A DNA stretch of 61,482 bases, filler included, from Asterionella formosa (Eukaryota), in assembly GCA_002256025.1 (NCBI GenBank). It is 11 parts of 11 records of this genome, joined end to end, with 100 filler letters (N's around TTAATTAATTAA, not from the genome) between each part and the next. Parts side by side here need not be neighbours in the genome. Positions count along the whole stretch, not along the records: positions 22,422 to 27,922 come from NKIB01013040.1; positions 28,023 to 33,520 come from NKIB01013041.1; positions 33,621 to 39,118 come from NKIB01013042.1; 8 more parts are not named here. One strand, given 5' to 3'. Positions 23,562 through 35,770 of the stretch are shown here, one piece after another. How positions within the stretch are numbered: position 1 is the first letter of the stretch; the number at the start of each line of letters is the position of its first letter. Position numbers and translations under genes: made by a program. The notes beneath the pieces were generated by a model, which was given only the letters and a program-made list of their open reading frames with translations, was not told the DNA's origin and made no database searches.

Positions 23562-24919
23562 GCGAGAAGAGGTCAGTTATATGATTGTTTTGCTTCTCAA
23601 CTGTGGCTACCAAGGGGCTTATGATCGAGGCCGGAAGCAAACTATAATATTGTATCGCTCTTTGTGTGCGCTGCTACCACTCAAAGTTTCTACACTTCCT
23701 CAGGACCAAGAATGATAAAAATCAACCTAATTACGAGCGAGGTAATAAAACGCACTTAATATCTTTGTGCGCAATGCTACAGAGGGTTTGTTGTGTCTGT
23801 GTCCTTTAATTAGGATTTCGACATCAATATCGTCTTTCCCTTCCATTTATGCAGATGTGAGGGTTAACAACGCTACCTGTCACCCATCAATCAACAGTGA
23901 AAGCATAGGTAAGTTACTATACTATCATTTGATGCTCGTTATGTCAATTGTAATGTGAAGTTACTATATAGATTGTTTATGTCATCAATTTGTGGCACAT
24001 GTGTGGCTGGAGATGCTTTAATTGTTACAACACTTTTGCTAACATTGATATTATCCCCTCAAAATCATACAGGAACCTTGGAGAATGTGGCTTGCTACCA
24101 TTCTTAATGGAAGCAACAACCAACCATGAGAGCACAGGTAAGTTATATGCACATTGCCTGCTCATACGGAAATTCGAGTGATGGATTGTTCATGTGATCG
24201 TTTCGTTGCACATATCTACGTTTAGATGCCTTGATTACTTCATGCAACAGTTTTGCTAACATTGTTGTTATTATCTCTTACAGGAGAGTTGGTTGTACAA
24301 GAACATTGGAGCATGTGACTTGCTGCCATTCGTAATGGTAGCGGTTCGAATAAAGCATCATCAATTTTGTTTACTCTCTCATATCATTTTGAAAAGGCAA
24401 TGATCTAAACATAGCTACCGGAAGTGAAAATTAAGGTATTGAAGACCACTGGTGTGTGCACCTTCTGATAGTGGATGCACAGTGGAAAGTATGGGTGACC
24501 AAAAGTAGATTATTTGAGTATTAAATAGCAATCCATTTAATTCGATTTGTGCTCATCTTTGATTGAACATGATAATAGGTTTGATCTATGAGAGAAATAA
24601 GTTAGATCAGTAGTTACTAACGTTAGATCGTAAGCTAAAAATTCTATTTGATATTAGCATTCCAAAGGTTAGACCGAATGAATAAGTGATTTGATCTCAC
24701 AATTACTATCTTTAGATCGAACACCAAAATGTTAGTTGATATCATCAATCAGTTTTTTGTATGATCCATCAGTATTTCTTTATGGTCAATCACTATTTCT
24801 GTATGATCAATCAGTTTTTTGTATGATCAATCAAAAAATAATACGTCATACTGAGAATTTTTGGGGCAGTGGGTCTTACAGCAAAACTGTTAGGCCTAAC
24901 GGTTTTTTATTTACAGACG
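23562..24919 (+). repeat. element B 3' part, copy 2
   Basis: Colinear with 19990-21309; retains a 38-nt exon (23704-23741) that is missing from copy 1. Confidence 0.9.
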
Positions 24920-25481
24920 CCCATTGTGAAGTATATTATTCCTTTCTTACGATGCACTAGTGGCCAATAGCCATATTTGAGCAGTGGCGGATTTTGCCAA
25001 ATTAGTGCTCATGGCATGTTGCTGGCTGAGGGATTCTGCTGAGCTTTGTAGTGCTCTTCTATACCCCTTCCTAATGTACCCTCTTAGCTTCATAATCTTT
25101 GCAATCTTGTTTTTTCTTCTATTGCTTGTTCTATTATTTTTTTTGTTCTTTCTGAAGTGCTTGGTTCAAAAACATATTTGAAGCTCCTCCGTTTTTTGAG
25201 ATTATGTATGTTTTGTATAGTCGATTCACACAGGAGAGACGCATTTGACTGCTTTTGAGTTCTGGAGCTTCTTTGCCATTTCTGTGATGCGTAGGCCGCG
25301 GTTGTAATTACTTTTTGGAAGATTACAGACCAATATGTGGTCGTTTGTCCCTCTTTCTTCTCTGCATATTGGACATGTTTCAATACCCTGATATATTATA
25401 TGTCGCCTGACTGCCATTGGTAGCCAGCCATGGATATATTTGTTAAGCAATAGCTGTGCTGACTTCTGCTGACTTGAATAT
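24920..25481 (-). pseudogene. non-LTR retrotransposon (LINE) ORF2 C-terminal zinc-finger fragment
   Basis: LNKYIHGWLP...ETCPICREERGTNDHILVC (CX2C...HX3C), then IIEQAIEEK in a shifted frame. Confidence 0.7.
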
Positions 25482-26900
25482 CGTTTCAAATGAAAAATGC
25501 GTTAGGTCTTTTACTTTTGCTTCATTGTCGACTGTCCCAAAACTATCGCAGGATGACTTTTTTCTTATTGATCAGGCCATCATTCGTAATAAGTTATTGA
25601 TCACACACAAAATTTATTGACCAAAAACCTTTGCGTGTTTGATCATAAACAGATGTATCCATGATTATATACATTCTCTTCTTTTATCAAACAGTTTTTG
25701 TTGTTGTATCAGGGAGTATACCTTTAGTATTATACATTCAACCTATTCCTTTATCAAATCACTCTAAATTTATCGTTCCAACAATGGCATCATTGTTCTT
25801 GATAAAGAACCGTTACTTTTTTGTTAAGTAATGTTCCAACTTACGATCTAATGATAGAAACCGCTCGATGAAGTCAATTGATCTTTTGATCTAACATCTA
25901 GAGTGCTTGATCAAATGATACTTAGCTTTCGACCTAACAAATTCTTTCTACAGATCTGAAGCAATCTTACTTTTGGTCAAACATATAATGATGTTAGATC
26001 AACAATCTAGAGAAGTCGAGTTGCTATTTAATTTTATATGCTTTCTGCGTGTCCTGTCCGTTCCCACTGCAAATACCTCGTCAACAGAATGAGCACATGG
26101 GTCATCGTTAATTCCTTTCGTTCCAGTGACATGTATCATTCACTTTGACGTTCGTAAAGATGAAATGAAAGAGACATCGAAATTGCTGATGTAACATTCA
26201 TAATTCCACACCATTACGGATGACAGCAAACTCATATTCTCTAGCCTTTTTATCTGATTTTCCTGTAGGAAATAAGAACAAGCAATATAAGAAGAAAGTG
26301 TTGCAATGAGTAAACCAACTCCACATAGATGAAACGAAACAATCTACAATATATGATCACAAGCGCTCTTGTTTGCACTCAAGTGGACCGAGACGACGTC
26401 GTAACAACGTGAAGCGATAGAATCAATAACAAGCAAGGAACGTTTTTATAAACATAATTGAAGAAAAAATACAACTTCGCACTCTAATAAACATATGGAC
26501 AGGTAAAGAGAATATAACTTATATCTCCTTTCATGTTTGATTGATAAGTGACAGGGTATTAATCATCATTCTCACATCTACACCAGGTAGGGAAGAGAGA
26601 TATTAGTGATGTCGAATTCCTTGTATAACACATCTATCATTAATGATAGATGAATAGGTTAAGAACAAATAACTTAAATCTCCTTTCAAGGTTGATTGAG
26701 AGATGACAGGGTATCAATCCTCATTCTTGCATCTGCATGTAGGGACAAGAGATATTATTATTAATGTCGAATTCATTTGTAGTACATATCCATCATTCAT
26801 GATAGATAAACAGATAAAGAGAATATTATAGCTTACATTTCTTTTCATGATTGATTGGTAGGCAGGTTACAAGGTATCAATCCTCGCTCATTCTCGTCTG
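25482..26900 (-). repeat. element B 3' part, diverged inverted copy 3
   Basis: Starts CGTTTCAAATGAAAAATGCGTTAGG, matching the reverse complement of the copy 2 end; phased GATC array; three roughly 160-bp tandem units at 26500-26900. Confidence 0.75.
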
Positions 26901-28022
26901 CGCTTTCAGGTTTGTTCGATAGGAGGCTGTCGATCTTCATTTCATCATCAGGTTATGTGAAATCGAGGTACTTTTATCAATTTCGCAATCAATTATCAAA
27001 TTTTCCAAGACTTCTCAAAATTGATTTATTATTTACATCTATGAATTTCTATAACCTATTTTAAAAGAACATTCAATATCCTACAAGTATGAATGATAAG
27101 ATAAACTTTTCAAGACTTGGGAAATCCTCGATCGTCTACTTGTTCATAATCATATCTATGGTAAGGAATATTAGATAATTGTCATTGGTACCACTGTACT
27201 GGTGTACATCACCGGTATTCAAGATATATTAGAAAGAATGACCGATACTGACAGGATATTAGCTTGATCATGATCAACACATGACCTATCTATATTGCTA
27301 TGAACTCGGATTACATCTTCGAAGTAATAAACGTTATTTCATGAATGATCCATTAATAATTCTTAATGAACTCCTAACACACCTACTAGGTAACTTTTAT
27401 TGTTGGAGCGCCAGAAATGGAAGTAATATACCGATACTGGTGGATAAAGTTTCAAGCTTTGATTTTGAAAAATCTACATTTATTCTAATCCTACTTCGTT
27501 ATCATCATGTCAAACAGGGTAACAAAACGAACTGGTAAACGTGTTGGTGAGAACATATCTCAAAAGAAGTTACAAAACAGCAAAGATGATGACAATTCTC
27601 TGAAAAAGCTTCCCAGTCGTGTCAAAGACTATTACGGTTGGTTACACTGTTAACAAAACGGTCTTACTATACAAGTCATCATGCTTATTAACACTATGCT
27701 AACAATAATTGTAACCATACAGTAAATACAAAAAATACCTTTTAATAGAAAAACAATATGTTTTTTTTCTGCACCATGTAAAATATTTAGGTGTGTAGTA
27801 TCAGATGTACAAGTAGGAGACAGGAGCATGAGGGAGGACAGGAATACATGATTTACAGTAGACATTTCTGATAGCAAAGCCTTTTTGTTACAATATGCAA
27901 AGTGTTCTACTTGGACTATTTTNNNNNNNNNNNNNNNNNNNNNNNNNNNNNNNNNNNNNNNNNNNNTTAATTAATTAANNNNNNNNNNNNNNNNNNNNNN
28001 NNNNNNNNNNNNNNNNNNNNNN

Positions 28023-28446
28023 TGGAAACACAATGCGCTGCAGTCAATGCATGACAGGAACTGATAGCGGTAGCTCCGCAACCAGCAGAACTGTACTGCA
28101 GTGTTGATTCGGATTGTCTTAACAACATAGCGAAGAATTGAGAGCTGTTAGGGTCAGCGTTACTTCCTCCAATAATTCGTTCGTCACCAGCAGTTTCTGG
28201 AGTGGGAATTCCTCCTGTGCTGTCGTTTGGATCGAATTTCACTCTCATTCCATAATCCCTTTCGGGCAGCTTTTGGTTGAAATCACCAACAGAGGTACTC
28301 GTATCACCAAAGAGATCCCCCGTGTTCAGATTTCTGTTATCTCCTGCTCTGAGATTGCGCTTTCCTTCAGTTTCGGGTGTGGTCATGAAGCAAACGAGAA
28401 TGGCCCCGACGACAACGTTTGACTTGACTCGATGAGGACGAGGCAT
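28023..28446 (-). CDS. secreted trypsin-like serine protease (S1), 5' part only
   Basis: Hydrophobic N-terminus, propeptide, activation site ER|IIGG, CGATAISSCHALTAAHC (catalytic His motif); cut by the contig end. Confidence 0.9.
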
Positions 28447-29969
28447 GGCTTAAATTTGATGAAAGAAAAATGCTGAGTAGCGATATGTTCCTAAAGGCGG
28501 GAAAATCAATTCGTTAGCATCAACCAGTTGTGCTGCCTTAGCCGTATTGTCATTTCAAACGATGTGGCATTGGCATGCTCCGAAAAACATGCTGAGGGAA
28601 CTTGAGTTCAACTGATCCTCGTCGAGTTTACCTCAACATCACCTCAGCGAAGGCAAAACAATTGTTTCTTTGCATTGTTATCGTCTCACCTTATTCCAAA
28701 GTCAAAACTATGACAAAATCTTGTAAGTGAGAAGTTATAACCAGTAGTGTCATTTGGTCTTAGTAAAGACTTTTATGTGTAATATGGAAGCCAATAAATC
28801 TTGTGGAAACATCTGAGTTAATAAGAATGCACACCGGTAACGCAATGCATTTTGTGATGAAGACAAGATATATATATTCGGTACCCGTATACAGTGTCAT
28901 CTGGAATTACTAATTCATAACAAATGTCCATTACCAGGTAGAAATGGAAGCAAGAAAGCGATGTATTTTATATATAAAATATAAACAGAATTGTACACAT
29001 GCGTTTATACCTACCTATACATATTGAATATTGAATTAATTTAGTATGAATGATATAGTGCAGGCCATATTTGAGTCTATGTAATTGCACATTTAACATT
29101 GTTAATTGGAGATGACTCCCAACGACTGGCCAAGTTTTTCCACCCTCTCAACGGCTGCACAATGAATGTGCAAGCACCTAAACATAAATTTATACCGAAA
29201 TCATCGGAAAATAGGGTGGACGGAGTCTGCAAATTATCACTACCCTTTTAATGTCTTTCACTCCAACCACTGCCCAAACCCATCAGTGGTCGCTAAGAAG
29301 TGATTTTTCCGTTGATTTCGTATGAGTGTTCTTCGAAAGTTGTATCTTGGAGCATTACCGACATATATAAAATAACGTACGAGGGGTAGGCTATCTCAAG
29401 AAGAGAGGCTCGGAGTAGGACTATGCCGATTTATCAGCATTGGCGACAGACTGGCTGGGTGTATGTAGACTACCAGTACCGGAGACTACTCCTCAGGAGC
29501 AAATCATACCAGGTACCAGAATTTAGAATTGACTACCGGTACTGGTAGGTAAATTTATGTACTGTACCTGGTACCGGTAGACGACTAACAATTTACTCCA
29601 AGGGGTGGTTGTGGTACCTGGTATCAGGTACTCTACCGGTACCATGGTAACAGGCACCTGGCGAGTGCCCCTTTTTACAAGAAAGTCTCCTCGTATTTGG
29701 TACCTGCAAGTTGCGGTCATTTTGCTGAAATTCATGACGTGACGCAGGAAAGGCGTTTGACTACCGGTACCGTAAGTATCGAAAACGTCATCATTCACTC
29801 TTTAAAATATTGTATCAGGTACCTGGTACCAAGTCTGTATGGATGATGTTGATAGTACCACTTAGTGATTTACTAGGTTTTATGCTATTTTTATTCTTCA
29901 AAACAGAAAAACGTGAAGATAACACAACAATGGCCGGGGCAATAGAGGGGCGGCCCAAAGCAATAGTAC

Positions 29970-32310
29970 GAGCATCGCCACCGCATCGACCAAATACCAA
30001 AGCCAATTGCAGTTGAAAATATCAACACACGTCACTTGGTTGAGAAATATTTTATCAATAGTCGAATTTTTCATATTTTTTCCCACCGCATCGACCAAAT
30101 CCTAGAATAGTCAAATCTCGCGCCGAAACTTTTAGCGAATAGAAAAAGAAATAGAAATAGAATGTTATTACGTGTGTATCGTTATATTAATAAACCCGAT
30201 TACTACCAATAAGAAAATGATGGGACGCACTGCGTGGTTTGTGGTAGTAGCATACCAGGGTAGTACTCATCCATATGTATCTGCCTGATGAAATGAGCAA
30301 CGATAGCGACTCATCAGATGACGACCGCTCCTACAATTCCATTCATACCAGTTCAACATGCCTATACAGGAAGAAAACGAGAAAAGGCAACCGAAGGAGG
30401 AGGCGGAGGATCATAGGAAATCGCTTAGCTAGTACCGGTTGTCTGTACATGTAGTTTTTTGAATAATTGTAGCACCACGTTTCCTGCAAATTCCTTATTC
30501 TTACGCAGCTAGTAAGTTGAAACACATAGAGATTCCTGATTCCTGATCAGGTTATGAGTGTCAATATATTTTCGCCTCTAGTGACCTGATTAGGAACATG
30601 TACCACAATCCACTAGATGATTGATTCAAGATCAAATGGTTAAATATCGCGTGTAAAATGCCACAGTCGAGAGAGGAACTTTCAGGAGAAGTTCTCTCTA
30701 ACCTATTAATTGGACTCTAGAAGACGATCAGACCTAGAAGCCAAATCAATAAATGATTGACTAGACAATTATAGATATGTCCGCAACATCAAGGAACATT
30801 AAAGAAGCAAACTAGATATGATCTAGTTATGATTAACAGGATCATTCTGTAAGCAGTCTTCGATCAAACAGCATCTGGCCTAAGTTGAGACAGGCCAAGA
30901 TTAAGACAAATGTGTATTTAGGAAGAGGATGTAGTTTATTCTCAGTTCAAGTTGGGAACACAAATGAACCTCGCCTCCGAAGATCACCTCTATTTTGAAA
31001 CATGCATGAGCTTGGAAGTTTCAAAATCATACATTCAAATTTACATTTACATTAAGCTCACTCTTTTATAAAAACAATTATTAGCAAACAAAGTAAAACA
31101 AACAAATTGTGTAGAAATTTTTTTCTAGCAATTTTTACTGCGTGAGAGCTACAGATACGTAGCATCTTCCAACTTAGTACGACGCCTATCTAAACTGCCC
31201 ATCAAAAACTAACATGATTATGCATTTGTATATTGGTATTCTAGAATAGAAAAACCTTCCGTTTTTCCAATTAGCTAGAATGATAGCCTAGCTTTCTAAT
31301 CAATCATACTAGCATTGACATGAAATTTATATTATTTTTCCTTCATTTGGAATCATCTGCTACATCAAAATCATCAGTGGTGGATGACAGGTGGGACAGT
31401 GGAGTACTGGAAGCACTTGAATTATTGAGATGCAATTGGATCACACCTAATCCCTCCTTCATTTTTTTCATTAAACGACATTGCCTTTATTGGCGTGAAA
31501 CCCTTCGTTAAATGGCACAACTCTCTTGGATACATTTTTGAAATTCTTCGGCTGATTAACCAACCATCAACACAGTAAACTGTCACACAATATACCCATG
31601 GCATGCAAGGGAAGAAGATATCGACACTAGCCAGGGACATGCAGCAGTCTGCCAACAATGACACATCACGGTACACAAGGAACAATGCTGCCTAGACGAA
31701 ACTCGCATATCGCTATCGATTGTTGCTCTTGACAGCGCCAAAATAATCCAACTTTGGTTCTGCTGTCTGAAACCAACGATGAATCATCCTCGTTGGCTGC
31801 TGCTCCTGCTGCTCCTGCTGCTCCTGCTCCTTCTGCGGCTCCTGCGGCTCCTTCTCATGTAGCATCCTGCTTTGACAACAATGGATGACGATATCTTATT
31901 GGGATCGTCAAAGACTCGAAGGATAAATTTTAGAGATTGCTGCTGGTATTATTCAAAGGTTTTTTACTTAAGTTTATTATTTGTCTACATCAAGAGAGTA
32001 AGGTAAATGTGTATTGTAAGCGTTTGTGGATCAATGAAACAGTGGACATTATGTTGCTGGCGCGAGCCACAATCTAAACCAATAGAAATGCTCCTTTTAT
32101 TTGGCTACAGTTGGAGTCTAATCGACCAAATACCAGATATTTGGTCGATAAGGGGGTCTTCCTCGATCAAGACCAAAGCATATTTCTTTCTTCTTGGTCG
32201 ATGCGGTGGCTAAAATAATTTTGCTTTTTCGACCAAAACAACGCATCATGACGTGTAATGACCAGCAACTTCAATTGGCTTGGTATTTGGTCGATGCGGT
32301 GGCGATGCTC
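29970..32310 (+). mobile_element. non-autonomous PIF/Harbinger-like element, family C, copy 1
   Basis: About 45-bp TIR GAGCATCGCCACCGCATCGACCAAATACCAA...; right flank TAA; colinear with 59319-61073 apart from a 660-bp insertion and small indels. Confidence 0.88.
30515..31174. mobile_element. probable solo LTR (660 bp) with AGTTG...CAACT termini
   Basis: Absent from family C copy 2; flanked by a perfect 5-bp TSD TAGTA (30510-30514 and 31175-31179). Confidence 0.75.
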
Positions 32311-32899
32311 TAAGCAAAAGTAAGCAAATCTTGCTTACTGGTACTTTGCTTTATTCTCTCCAAACTCAAAATTGTTCTCCTTTTCTGGCCGAAGTGATGA
32401 AAACAACCTATCTTCATCAACAATTTTCAGTGTCATTGGGATTGGAACCAGCCTCATCATAGCAATGACCCGACACAACTACCAGGTACTTTAAGCAACC
32501 AGTATGAATATGTATTTAGAGTACGTATGCATGTTATGTACTCACTCTGTTCTGGTATACCGGTAGTTGCAACCAAAACTTTGTGTAGGTCACTGCCTCA
32601 CATGAAGCGCAACCTACAATAATTCTCCATCTAGTTACAGTAGTTGCCCCTCCTATTTAAAAAATATTCCGAACATTACTTTTTAGCACGTTTTTAAAAT
32701 ATAGTGCCCCTATCGGAATGTTTGCTCTGGACCCTCCCCTTTCGTTGACTCTTTGTTAGTCAATAGGCATTAGAAGAAGGATTTGAGACCAGAACAGCAA
32801 CAAAACATTGTCGTTTGCTCGCTTCGAAGCCTCAATGAAATTGACAACCGGCTCCTAGTAAATCCGGGTGTTCACCTCCAGTTGGCTAGAAAATTCGAT

Positions 32900-33520
32900 A
32901 TGTCAGTAGAATCACAATTTATTGTATCTGGAAGCGCACACTCGAAAAAATGGGGATAGTGAATCATTCAAGGTGCTGCCCTGAAAATATAAGAGAGGTA
33001 GCGATACAAAATATTCTCCTGATGATATTAAAGAATTTGTCAAGTTGATTTCTCACCATCAGCAACAAACTTACCACACATTAGGGAAGAAGCTTGGACT
33101 CCCAGTCACTACACTCTTTTGTTACACCAATTCAACCAAGGTAGAGGTGATACAGCCTCAAACTAATGCAATCAAACCATTGCTAACACCTAACAACGCT
33201 TTGAATCATGTGTTTTATGCTACTAATCATTTACAATTGAACCCTTCTTGATCAGGTGAATCATGAACTGTTTGATCCCGGTTAATGGTAACAACTTAAA
33301 AATAATCACATCAGAAACCAGAAGTGATCCCATTGCATTCACAAATTGACACTGTGCCATTTTATCATCACTTCGTATGCAGGACAGGGAATGTGGTGCA
33401 ATCGCAGATAGCAATATGTCAACTCTTTGTAATTAATCATCATCGAACTTTTAGGACAGTTTTTGAACCTTCACAAACAATGAAGCGAAAGCGTACGGAC
33501 CACATCTCATATGCATAGAA
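32900..33520 (+). pseudogene. second decayed mariner (DD39D-like) transposase, N-terminal part
   Basis: QQTYHTLGKKLGLPVTTLF...TNAIKPLLTPNN...YATNHL and RKRTDHI parallel STYHKLAAALTLLKSTVF..SSALKPKL..YCVNHL and RRKDHI of the 3640-4910 element. Confidence 0.55.
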
Positions 33521-34299
33521 NNNNNNNNNNNNNNNNNNNNNNNNNNNNNNNNNNNNNNNNNNNNTTAATTAATTAANNNNNNNNNNNNNNNNNNNNNNNN
33601 NNNNNNNNNNNNNNNNNNNNTAGGCAAAGAAGTGGAGAGTGACCCAGAGCTTGCCGATTTCATGTGGAATGGTTCTGATGCACTACTTCCAATGAATCAG
33701 ACCATTGAACGTACCAACAAGGCATGTTTAGATTACATCAAATCAACATTTGGTGGCATGTGCATAAAAAGGTTGAGCTAGAGAATGTCAGAATGTGCGT
33801 ATTGAATAATCAATTTAATGGAATCTTAAGTAAGTTCTTGCAGGGCGGGAGATGCTCTGAAAGCATGATGTTTTGAGTCGGTGATTATATTCTTATCAAA
33901 TATGTTTCAATTTAAAAATGCTAACATAATTCATGACAGACCAGCTGGTCTAACAGAATATAACTTCTAGACTATGGATATTGATGACTTTATTAGGTGG
34001 GCGTTGACGCTTTATCGTTTTGCGCAGTCAAAGGACATTGACAGGGGAAGTCAATCATGATGAGATGATTGGGAAGCAACTGTATTCTGCATCGTACTAC
34101 GGGGTATATTATTATATCACGAAATTTAGTAGCTAGCAAGTCACTCCGCCTGTAATGTACAAAAGTCGACAGTGCACCTACTCACACGCTAATCAGGTTA
34201 GAGGCAACGGACAGTGGTTCCAACGAGCGAATGATGATACCACGAGTACCAATTTTTCCAGCGAAAGAACTTGTCTCTTTATTGATGAGGATGACACGG

Positions 34300-35770
34300 A
34301 CACCGACTTTTCCAGGAGCCAACAACAATGAAGAGACCCACTTGTCGCTCTATTGATGTTAACAAAGATAGTCCGACATGATCAAAAAGTGCTTCCTTTC
34401 CGATCTCCAGGCTCGTGATGATTCTGATATATCATCAGTAACCACAAAACTGGGGCTATAGAGAGTCGATTGGATGAATTCATTGGATATCAAATCACTA
34501 CATTAGCACTGGCATTAACTAATCAATCCACTATATCCACATTATCTACTCAGGCGGACATAATAACATGCGCACTTGCTGCAATGGGCTTGCAAATGGA
34601 TCAACACATCTCATGCAAGCCTTTGACACCAATGGGCAGTTTGTGGCTTCTTCACTTGACATTATGGAACTAGAGCCCAACCACGGAACTCAGACATTGA
34701 GGCGTCATAGGATAACTCAGGATACAGATCAAAACGGATTGAATCGAGAGGTGACAGCAAAGATGATCCGAGATAAATCTCCAGAAAGTGACAAATCCAT
34801 GGAATGGGAAACACCACGCCGGGAGGCAAAGAAGGCAAAGAAACCGGCTGGCAAGCAACCCTCAGAGTCCACCATCATTGCCAGCCCAAACAGAGTGGCC
34901 ACAGCGCAGAAAAATGAGGAAAGAACTCCAAGAATCCAAACAGGAGGCCAGCTCGGAGTCCACAGTGGCATCGGACAGTGGTACCACCTCCACAAGCGGG
35001 CAATCACCAAGAGGAATTTCAAGAAATGACTAGATCAAATCTCAACCTCAAATGGGAGTAAAATCAAAGAAGACGGGAAGCGCTCCCCCTTTTTCCCAGG
35101 GCAAACCCAAACGCACTGATTTTAAATGATAGAGGTTCCACACAGCCAACTTATGGCAATCCTTGGAGGAAGAGGATGATTCTAAGATTGTACTACCAAT
35201 AGTTACAAACAACAGAACAACACACACATCCATACAAGCATCGAAAGAAATAAACAACAGTACATCAAATAACAAAAGCGCGGAGTGAGATAAGAATACA
35301 AGCCAGCAAACCATGAGAAGTAACATTGATCCTTCGGTCAATGGCACAAGAAAACAAGAAAATAGAAAAGGAACCAATGGGTAAACAGAAGCCCATCGCC
35401 CAGATTTCCAATCAAAGCTGGCACCACCTTACCTACCACAACCAGACCTCACAAGTCAAAGCACCTGGGGGGACCCGCTCCTCGAGGGAACAGACACCAA
35501 ATTAGAAAGTATTTACAAAATGTAAAGAGACAATACCTACAGCATACTGCACTAGACTCAAACTTTAATATGGAATCTAAGAAAGCATTGAATGTGAACT
35601 TGTTTGGATGGGAAGAGAAAAACACAAACTGGATCAACTATGATACCCAAATGGAGTAACAGGAAATAATTCAACCATATTTGAGGTTGCCAAGAGTGCT
35701 TTTTCTACCAGCGAAATTCCATCAATTTCGCATTACAAGCCAGGGGGAACCGCCATGACAACATCTGCAA
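34300..35770 (+). pseudogene. LINE remnant: low-complexity ORF1-like tail and start of an APE-type endonuclease
   Basis: 35465-35766 reads WGDPL..YLQNV..NLFGWEEKNTNW..SAFSTSEIPSISHYKPGGTAM, matching the QNV / ETNxxW / YxPGGT pattern of diatom LINE ORF2; the upstream assignment is positional only. Confidence 0.6.

Noticed and set aside
33621..34100. Coding-like fragment (GKEVESDPELADFMWNG...)
   Set aside because: Multiple stops and no recognisable motif
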